A DNA stretch of 50,327 nucleotides from Dictyostelium purpureum. Lineage: Eukaryota. Where the stretch lies: assembly GCF_000190715.1 (NCBI RefSeq), contig NW_003519574.1, forward strand, positions 1 through 50,327, given 5' to 3'. The position numbers and the translations under genes were made by a program. The notes under the pieces are model-generated. The model was not told where the DNA came from, did no database searches, and saw nothing but the letters and a program-made list of their open reading frames with translations. This document shows positions 26,670 through 37,100 of this stretch, piece by piece; within the stretch, counting starts at the first letter, position 1; each line of letters starts with the position of its first letter.

Positions 26670-29600
26670 CTATATTATATTTTTTGAAAGATTCTTTAAA
26701 GAGAATTTACTTTTTTTTGATGGATCATCTTTTTGTTTTTTATAAATAAAGAAACCCAAACCACCAACAATTGCAGCAGCACCAATCGGTACAACGATAG
26801 CAACAGGCAACACCCATGATTTTTTATTTGAGCCCTCTTCATAGTATTGCTCTGATTCTTCTAGTCCGCTATTACTACTTTCATTTTTAACACCACTGCT
26901 ACTATTACTGTTGTTATTGCTACTATTTTCTTTACTACTTTGACTTCCTGAATAAATACTTTTATATTTGAATAGGTTATTATTTGACCGAGTTATATTA
27001 TTTTGTGTTATATGTATTGGTTTAGTTCCTTCTTCGCCTGGGCCTATAGTACATGTTATTTTTGAGTTTGTTACATTTTTAATTTCACAATAATTGTCTA
27101 TATCAACTAAAATTGTTAAGTTTTCATGTACATCACCAAACCAACCAGTTATTATAACTTCGCCACCAGTGGTCAATGGAGATGATATGAATTGAGCATA
27201 GTGATTGGGTTTAGAACAATCATAATAAGTGTATAGAGGGTCACATGAGCATTCTCCTTTGACAGAATCGCACCAGCCTTTACTTGAAGAATAACTACAA
27301 TTGTTTGGACATGGTTTTAAAGGTAAACTACAATCTATAGATTGCCAATCTTCGGTACATCGGCATTCTGAGGTAGATGTTAAACAAATACCTCCATTTT
27401 GGCAACTAGTTGGGCAATAGTTAACATTTTGGGTGGTATCTCTATTTGAATCAAAGGTAATTTGGGTAGAAAGTTGGTCGACTTTAACAATTATTATTAG
27501 ATTTTCTTCTTTTGGTATGGCTTGTATACTTTCATCCACTTTACATAAAATAGTTTCAAAAGTGGATGTTAAAACTTGACAGTAAATATTTGGTACATGT
27601 TCATTGCCGCCCAAAGAGATACTAATAAGGGTGGTATCATAGTTAAAGAATGATCCATTGAATGTAAATGTATTTGATGATTTAGTAACACTTTTTACTA
27701 TAGGCTTGTAGTTTCCAGTTGAAACTGTATAGTCATCACCATCGAAATTAAATACCATTGTTGGTGGTAATGGTCCACTTTTATCCCATTGAGCGGTAAA
27801 TAGAGATGAGTATTTAACTGGTTTAAAAGTAATAGACGAATTTAAATTTGAATCTGAATATATACCAATTGGGTTTGTAAATCCTAAATTTTGACCTGAT
27901 AAAGTTATAGTTTTTGAAGTTGAGCTATAATTAATAGTTGGAAAAATTAATCCTAAAATAGAATGGTATTAGTTATTTTATTTAAGTTGTTTTTTTAAAA
28001 ACTTAAACATACCACATGACTTAGTTGGTAAATTATCTAAATAGTTTATAATTTCAGAAATTCCAGCAAAAGATGTTTTGTAGTAATTATTTAATGTTCT
28101 TCTATAGCATTCAAAACAGTTTGGTAAAGGTAATGCTAATCCAACATTATTTGCTAGATTGAGAGTTTGAATATTTAGTGAGCAGAATGATGTTGGTACA
28201 GTTCCGGTAAATTTATTATTATTTAAAACTAAATCTATCAAATTTCCTTCGCTAATATTTGGTAATGGTCCTGTAATTGAGTTATAACCAATATCTCTAA
28301 AATTTTAAATTAATATTCATTGTATAAAATAAAATGAAAAATAGTTTACTTACAAAAAAATGATGGAGTTTAAAATTGTAGGGAATATAGTTAAACCAAC
28401 GTTTTCTAAAATTCTATAAATATAAAATATTAATATTTTTTTTTCTTTTTTTTTTTTTTTTTTAACTTACAATTGTTTTAAAGAGGTTGGGTAGTTTGAA
28501 AATGGTACTTCACCATTATAGTTAAAAATATTATCATTAGATTTTATATTTAACTTAATTAAATTTAAACTACTTGATAGATCCATCTTATTATTAATTT
28601 TATTAAATTTACCTTTTATTTCCCTATATATTTCTTTAAAAGTCAGTATTTAAAACAACATTAAAAAAAACATTAAATTAAACTTACACATTATTAATAT
28701 TATTCAATGATGTTAATTGAGCAGGAAATTCAATTGGGTCGATAGGGAATTCTAGGGTACTATAAAATTTAATTTAGTATTTTTTTTTTTTTTAAAATAT
28801 TATATTGAAATACTTACAATGTTTTAACATTTGAAATAGTTTGTATATTTGATAATGTAGTTTTATCAAAACCTGTAAATAAAGTTATTTTTCTATAAAT
28901 TAAATATTAAAATTTAGATTAATAGGAAAGATAAAAATTTATTGAATAAATATATTTACAAATCGTTTATGGTTGTTCTGGAAAAAGTGGGAATACTCTT
29001 AAGTACTGAATAGCTTTAATAAAAATAAACTATTAATATTAAAATTTAGTTTATATATTTATTTAATAAATATGATACATACAATGAATTGAAAGCTAAG
29101 TTTAAATTTTTAGAAAGTAAATCATTATTATATGTTGGTATATAAGTATTTATTGTTCCATTGAATAAATAGGTGCTGTAGTAAAAAATGAAATAAAAAT
29201 TTAATTATTTATGATTTAAAATTAAAATTTAAAATAAAAACTTACAAGTCTTTAATATTTTTAAAAAATGAAAAATTAATAATTTCAATAGTTTCTGTAT
29301 CTTTATTATTTAGTGTGAGTTTATTTGTCGGTAAAGGTAGTATGCTTGCTGCACTAAATGAAGTGTCTAAAGTAATTCCATTTAAATATCTAAAAAAAAA
29401 AAAATTAAAATTCTATTATTAAAAATAAAATAATGAAACTACTTACAATTCTTTACTAATTCCTTTATTTGATAGAGAATTTCCCTCATCACCGAAATCA
29501 CTGAAATCGTATTTACAATCATTTGCCCTAAAGAAATCTAAAGAGGTAAAATTTTTTAAATCGGAATAATAAAACTTTGTTTTTGATTCACAACTTAATG

Positions 29601-29903
29601 TAACTTTAGAAAGAGTTGTCCCAATACATATAATATTTGGTTTATATTTATCATTACAAAAATCAATATAGCCGTTGGTCAAAGGATACAAGCTTTCAAA
29701 AGTTTTATACGAATACATTCCTTTCAATAATTCAGATAGGGTGTTATCTATATAATAATCAAAAAAATAAAGTTATATTTAAAATTTATAGTAGTTATTG
29801 ATAGAATCTATAAATTATTTTATATTTACAATCTATATCATTTAATTTATCTGCAGCCAAAACCAATGTTATATATATAAATATAAAAAAAATATTTTTT
29901 TTC
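26670..29903 (-). CDS. Paralog E (short subtype with an S/N-rich stalk) of the LRR / IPT-TIG / EGF-like membrane protein family
   Basis: The ATG at ~29903 (-) gives MKKNIFFIFIYITLVLAADKLNDIDC, followed by an intron. The exon 29443..29727 carries the Cys N-domain. LRR exons lie between 27980 and 29400 (e.g. 27978..28241 '..LNLANNVGLALPLPNCFECYRR..'). The terminal exon 26670..27758 carries IPT-like folds, EGF repeats, IPT/TIG, an S/N-rich stalk, a TM helix (WVLPVAIVVPIGAAAIVGGLGFFIY) and a KKQKDDPSKKSKF tail. Confidence 0.65.
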
Positions 29904-30119
29904 ATTTTTTATCTCTTTATAAAAATACAAATAATTAAAAATACATAAGATAAAAGATTATTAAATATAAAAAAAAAAAAAAAAAAATTTGATTATAAAA
30001 AATTTAAAAAAATAAAATAAAACTTTTAAAAAATGTTAATGTTTGTTATTTTATATTTTATTTTTTTTGTAAAAAAACAAGGCACATTGTTGCCAAACCC
30101 CTAACCACTTGAAGGAATT

Positions 30120-30190
30120 TTTAGTGTGGGTGTGGGTTTTGATTATTTTTTTTTTTACAAAAATTTTAAGGTACACCCACATTTTATAAT
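30120..30190. promoter_or_regulatory. G-box / CA-element-like motifs (TAGTGTGGGTGTGGGTTTTG and, inverted, AAAATGTGGGTGTACC) ~220-290 bp upstream of the paralog E start codon (29903, - strand)
   Basis: These G/C-containing islands sit in an otherwise >90% AT intergenic region. GTGTGGGTGTGGG matches the GT-rich G-box half-sites bound by G-box binding factor in Dictyostelium post-aggregative promoters (established consensus, not tested here). Confidence 0.4.
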
Positions 30191-30431
30191 TGTGGATTTT
30201 ATTTTTAGATTTCTAGAAATGAGATGAATAATTATTTTTATTTGAAATCTAGATTAAGCAATAAAAAAATCAATAAAAAAATCAATAAAAAAAAAATACA
30301 AGTTATTTTAATTTTTGAATAAATATATAAGGGGAGGTATGTTTATATATGAAAATTCATATATAATTGAAAGAGTTTGTTTATTTATATATATAAAAAA
30401 AAAAATTATTGTTAATATTTTTTTTTTTTTT

Positions 30432-31700
30432 TTATAAACTTGTAAAATCATAATTATTTTCCAATAATAAAAGTTTGATTTTTGGATATTCATAAATTTT
30501 TGAAGTTGATGGTAAATGTTCTTTGCAAAATCTGTAAGTGTCAATAGAGATAGTTGTCAAAGTATTTCTATGGTACTTTAGTAATAGGTCGATTAAAGGA
30601 TTATCGAAACAACTCTTATAGTGTTTCAAATAGAGATAATAGAAGTCGGTCAAACGGCACTTTGAATATACCAATATGTAATCTACTAAACCTTTGAAGG
30701 AACCAGACCATTTATCTTGTTCGAATGAATGACCAATGATTTTTAAAGACTTTAAATTCGGAATTTCGGTTGGGTAGGTATGAACGCTCTTTTGAAAATT
30801 AAATTTATTTAAATGACATGACTCCATTCTATAATCGTGGGAGTGTAACTCTAATTTAGTTAGACTTTTAAAAACACTTGAAATATTTTCAAATGGTGAA
30901 CTCTTGAGTATTGTATAATAATCAAAATCAGACTTTGGTATTTCAACAATTGGACTCTTTTCTTTTTTACTTGATTTCTTTCTCTTCTTTTCAACTTTAT
31001 TGAATTCTTTTTCTTTTTTAATTGTGTCGTTATTAAATATTAAATTATTAACTTTTAACTCTTCTTCTTTAATATGTTCATATGATTGTTGATTTATTAT
31101 AAGCTGTTGTGGTTGTTGTAATTGATAGCCATTGAAATTCAAAAAGTTATTATTACTATTATTATTACTACTATCTAAAAATTGTGATGTTTTATTAAAA
31201 TGTTGCTGTTGTTGTTTTTCTAAATAACTTGATATAGTATTATTAAATAATTCTATTAAATGATTTACTGTATTTTGTAAATTATTATCATGTTCATCGT
31301 TATCTTCCTTATCCTCTTTTTCTTTTTTTTCCTTCTTTTCTTTCTTTTCCTTTTTTTCCTTCTTTTCTTTTTTTTCTGATTTCTCTGGGTTATCTTCATT
31401 ATCATTACCAATATTATTATTATTACTATTGTAATTATTTAATGGTGACTTATTTATTTTTTCATTTGTTTTTGTTAATCTTAATCTAATTCTATCAATT
31501 ATAATTTCTTTTTCTTTTATATAAATGTCCTTTAATCTTAAAATTAATTTATATTGTGATTCCGTTTTTGGATTATAGTCTTCTAAATGATATGGGAAAC
31601 TATAGATATATTTATTAAACATTTTCTTTAATCTATATTCGATTTCATCATTTGAAAAATTTGAGAATAAACTATTTAAATTCTATAAACGTATGTAAAT
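30432..31700 (-). CDS. Hypothetical Lys/Glu/Asn-rich protein (probably the 3' part of the same gene as 31720..32949, or its tandem paralog)
   Basis: The ORF 30432..31622 extends upstream in frame to ~31700 (NLNSLFSNFSNDEIEYRLKK-MFNKYIY...). It contains a (KEKKEK)n block, poly-N, and a C-terminal ~130-aa globular region resembling the C-terminal region of the upstream ORF. Confidence 0.5.
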
Positions 31701-31719
31701 AAATTAGTATGTTTCTATT

Positions 31720-32489
31720 TTATATTAATAAATATTTATTATTAGGTATACAAACATTTTCGCTATAATATAATTTTTCAAATAAAATAACTTTATCATA
31801 ACCCAGATGAGATAATGTTTGAAAAACCAATTTTGATGGATCAATGAAAACTTTTATTAGGAAGCCATAGTACTCTTTCCAATTGATATTAACTTCAACT
31901 CTTTTGCAAATTCCATAGTGTGTGTATTGCTTGGTTTCTTTGAATGATTGCTTATTTTCAAAAAATATAAAAAATTGTAAAGCAATGTAGAGTCTGATCA
32001 ATTCATTTTTAGAATTTTGAAAACTATTAAATAACTTGATAATACAATCGTATGGTAATGTTAAAACTTTGTTAAATGTTGAATCATAACCAATCTTTTC
32101 GAAATGACTTCTGTTAAATTGTGACAAACCAATGCTATTATCTTCTATTAAATCCATGATCTTTTTATTGTAGTTGGTATATTTCTCTTCTGATTTTTCA
32201 AACAATTCAATGGCCTTAAAATTGATTTTATAATCTGTTGCATATGCAGTCTTTATAAATTCATCAAACAATTGATCAACAATTCTAATCTTTTCTGTAT
32301 CATCTAAAATTGATTTTGACTTTGATTTAGATTTTGATGGCACCGATGATGAGTTCTTTTTATCTTTTTTACCTTCAGTATCTTCAGCCTCTTCTTTCTT
32401 ATCTTTTTTCTTTTCTTTTTCACTATCTTCTTTAATGATATCATTATAGTTATTGTTTATATTTACATTTTCATTATTTACATTATTAC

Positions 32490-32571
<82 letters not shown>

Positions 32572-32947
32572 TGAAAATATTTGAGATGGTACCACATTAT
32601 ATATTTGTTGATACCCTAAAGATGATTGATAAGGATTTGTCACATTTTGAAAATTTGTATTTTGAAAAGAGAAATTTTGGACTTGTGGATTCTGATATTG
32701 TTGCTGTTGTGATGGCGGTTGGGGTGTTTTTTGATGGTTGGGGTTACTATCCTTTATTTTTTCATTGATAAAAACCAATTCTTTTTCTTTTTTCTTTTTT
32801 GGTTTAGAAGAACTGTTTTTAGATTTTGATGATTTATTGGCACTAGCCCCACTATTATTTGTTGTAACTGGAGTACCATCATTATCTTCTTTTTTATTTA
32901 TTTCATTTTCCTCTATTTTTAACTTTTTTTTAGATGATTTTAAAGTC

Positions 32948-32949
<2 letters not shown>
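31720..32949 (-). CDS. Hypothetical Lys/Ser/Asn-rich protein with ~35-residue poly-Asn tract
   Basis: The ORF opens with MTLKSSKKKLKIEENEINKKED... and contains KSKSKSKS, Q-rich and N-run segments ((AAT)n at 32470..32570). A C-terminal globular region follows. A possible phase-0 GTTTGT..TATAG intron at ~31723 would fuse it to the downstream ORF. Confidence 0.5.
32465..32575. repeat. (AAT/ATT)n trinucleotide repeat encoding ~35 consecutive Asn
   Basis: The run attattattatt... lies in the coding region of the 31720..32949 gene. It is a typical Dictyostelium poly-N tract. Confidence 0.9.
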
Positions 32950-32980
<31 letters not shown>

Positions 32981-34174
32981 CTCCAAAAAAAATTATAAAA
33001 AAAAATAAATGTTTATTGGTGTTTATGTTTTGATTTTATAATAACCGTTACTATTATATAATTTAAATTATTATTATTATTATTATTATTATTATTTATT
33101 ATTATTAATTATTATTACTATTGGGTAGATATTTGGTTTTGGGTAAAGTTGGACGTGTATATTTATTTTTAGCTATCGGATACAACTACAACTGTTTTTA
33201 TTTTCTTTATTTTAAATTTATTTTTGAAATTTTTGCAATAATTAATTGGTTTGGTGTTTTATATGATATATTATTTTGATTTAAAAATTTTATAAAAAAT
33301 TAAAACATAAATAAAAAAATAATAAAAAATTACTGTTATCAATTTTTTATTTTTTTAGGGGGAGAATATATATAAAGGTTGTGTGTTTTATTTTAATTTT
33401 TTTTATTGAATTGATATAATAAATGATGGTGATGGTGTGTTATATTTTTAGTCTTTTTATTTATTATTACACAAATTTGAGTTTGGACTAAATAAAAAAT
33501 TAAAAAAAAAAAATAAAAAAATAAAAAAAATAAAAAAATTTTAAAATAAAAAAAAAGAAAAAAATATATATATAAATATGGGGTTATGTAGTTATTATGT
33601 GGGTGATTGAATTATAATAATTGAAATCTTATTATTATTATTTTATTTTATTAATTTAATATGTGGGTTTGGCAGTTAAGAGGATATATCAATCGTATAT
33701 AACAAAAGTTTAATATAGATATTATTTTATTTATTTATAATTTTATTTTAATTTTTTTTTTTGCCTAATATTTTATTTTATACTTTTTTAGAACTAAAAT
33801 AATCTTCTATATCTTAATTTATTTTTAGAAATTTAATACTGATCAAATATTATATATGATGACACAAAAAAAAAATAAAAAAATTTGTTACACGTCGCAC
33901 ACAAGCTGAATGGTGGATCACCACGCTCTGTACCTCACTTTTTTTTTAAAAAAAATTTTAAAAAAATAAAAAAAAAAATAAAATAAAAACTTTTCAAAAA
34001 AGAAAAAAAAAATAAAAATAAAAAAAAAAAAAAAAAAGTTTCTGTGGTGGTGCGATAAAAATAACTTTCAACCATTGCATATCTTTTAATTTATTTAAAC
34101 AAAATAAAAAGATATCTCTGATAAGCAATAAAAAAAAAAATAAAAAAATAATTTAAATAATGGTGTTTATTATT

Positions 34175-37100
34175 TTAAAATTTTAATAAATTTTTGTTTG
34201 ATGAAGTTTTTAAAACATTTTTGATGTATGCACGATCAACTCCATAGCTTAAAAGACTCGATTCACAAGCTAAAATTGGAATATCTCTGGTAATAAGATC
34301 GATGTCATAAGTTTCATCGGTAAGCATACTTAAGAAAACAAAAATGAAAAGGTATAATAAGTTTTTAAAAGTTTTTGATTGTAAACCGCCAAGTTTTCTT
34401 TCGTATTTATAAAATTCCATTTCAGAGATGCCTAATGCAGCAGCAGTTGGTGAAATTTTGAATGATGAAGAACCTAAGTCACTAACAACTTTTCTTAGTT
34501 GAGTACATACTTTAATTGTTAGGCTTGAAATTGAATGTTTTGAGGATGAAGAGAGAGATGAAGATAAAGGTGAGGGAGATACAAAGGAGGATATGGATTG
34601 TGCTGGTTTTACTTTTAGTTTCTCTTCCACAATTTCTGATCTCTCTTTTAATTTTAAATCCTTTTTTTCTTTTCTCTTTTTTTTCTTTTCATCTTTTGCT
34701 GGTAGTGTGTCTTCACTTTTAGCTTGATTACCTCTAGATAGTCTCCTTCTTGAATACTCTTTTATTTCATAACTTTCTTCTTGATATTTGTGGGATACTG
34801 GTTTGGTTGGGGCAGATACCTGGTTGATTGGAGTAGATGCTGGTTTGGTTAGAGTAGATACTGATTTTCCTTGTGGTTTATCATCATAGTCTCCAAATAA
34901 ATCAAAACCCATATCTTCATCACTTTCTTCTTGATATAAACATACTGCTGGTTTGATTGGGGCAGATACTTGGTTGATTGAGGCAGATACTGGTTTTTCT
35001 TGTGGTTTATCATCATAGTCTCCAAATAAATCAAAACCCATATCTTCATCACTTTCTTCTTGATATAAACGTACTGGTTTGGTTGGGACAGAAACTGGTT
35101 TGATTGGGGCAGATACTTGGTTGATTGGGACAGAAACTGGTTTTTCTTGTGGTTTGTCATTATAGTCCCCAAATAAACCAAAACCCATATCTCCATCACT
35201 TTCTTCTTCAGATTCATGAATTTTTGGTTTATCAGGCAATTTTTCGTTGGACATTTGAGGTGTATAGTAATCATATTCATCAAACAACCCAAATCCTATA
35301 TCATCATGGCTTTCTTCTTTCTTTTCTTTCTTTTGTTGTAATGGTGCTGCTGCTGTTAATGTTGATATTGATGTTCCATCATAACCACCATCTGAATCTG
35401 ACCAATCATCTTCATCATCTTCATCATTATCTATAAAACAAGTTGACATTCTACGTAAAGATAGTGCGGACGAAAGTTTGTTTAATAATTCACTATTTGG
35501 CTGGGTAGGTTCTAATTGATTAGCATTTAAAGCAGAAGATTGACCGGCATATTTAAAACTTACACCACTACGAATCGATGAAAGAAGATCACTACGGTCG
35601 GAAGCTAATGATTTAGAAGCAGCCAAGCCACCAAATGAAGGTAGAGGTGGAGGTGGAGGGGCTGGGGCTGATGGGGCTGGGGCTGATGGTAAGGATGTTC
35701 TTGGGGCCATCGAGCCACTACTCTTTCCGCTAATAGAATTGAATCTGTGATCAGAAGGAGCTCCTGGTGAAGGGTAATTGGAATTATTGTTATTGTTATT
35801 TTGTTGATATTTTTGTGGAGCTTTTGGTACACAGCTACCGACGCCTCTGCCTCCACCAAAAAATCCAGACAATGCTTCAATAGGTAATGTTGGTGTTGGA
35901 ATTACTGTTGGTACTGGTGCTCCGCCTACTGCTCTTGAAATGAATGTTTCCCTTTTTGACTGGGGAACGTACAAATTGGGTGGTGGTGGTGGAGGTGGTC
36001 CAGAACTTATTGGAAATATTTTTTTACTGTAAACAGTTGGTAAGGGTAGAAAAGGTGCACCAATTACTTGATTATATACAAAGGGCTCCAATGATTCTTT
36101 GACCTTTGTGCCCAAAGATACAATATGCCTTGGTTCAAGTGGGTGATTTGGAGAGAATGTGATTGATGTTAGAGGAGATGGAGAGTAACTTGGGGATGTT
36201 GGAGAGTAGCTTGGGGATGTTGGAGAGTAACTTGGGGATGTTGGAGAGTAACTTGGGGATGTTGGAGAGTAACTTGGGGATGTTGGAGAGTAGCTTGGGG
36301 ATGTTGGAGCGTAGCTTAGGGATGTTGGTTTATAAATGGGATCTTCATCGTTTATCAATCTAATATTTGTGTCGATTTCAATTTTTGGTTTAAATGATTT
36401 TTGTTTTAGGGTAATATTACTGACTTGGGCAGCTTTTAACCATTCACCGGCACTGGTTTGTGGTATAGTATTTATTTCTTTTTCAGCATTTTCGAAATCA
36501 CTAACTTTACTGGGTATCTCTTTAAGATCTGATAAAGTATAGTTTTCTTCTTCTAATTCTTCGACAATTTCATCTGAATAAACGGTTAATTCATTTAAAT
36601 AGTCTCTTAGTTTTTGGAGTTCTAAAGTTGAATCCTTGTATGAGCTTTCCTCGAGACAATCTAGCTCTGAAATTCCATTATCAAAAGCTTGTTTTGAAAT
36701 TAAAATTGCTTTTTGGGTATCACCATTGGCATGGTAGAAGTGAGAAACTGAATGATAAAACTTGATTAAAGTAGAGTTTGTTGGTGGTAATGGGTTTTCT
36801 TTTGACTTATTTATAAATTGATTATAAAGATTTTCAATTTTTTCTTGCCATTGTTTTTTAGAATATTTGTTATCGTCACATCTATAAAGACCAGTATAAA
36901 TTGAATATTGAGATTCTATTAAAGATAATAATTTCTCTTGATTGGCAAAGGAACTATTCGACATTGAATTATAGCTACTTTCTAATAACCTTAATAATCC
37001 TTTACCTTCGTAAATAATTTCATCTTTAAGTTTCTTTTTTAATCTTTGTTGTTTAGAATTTGCTGATGATAATGGTTTGGTGGGTGTTGTTGGTGCAGAA

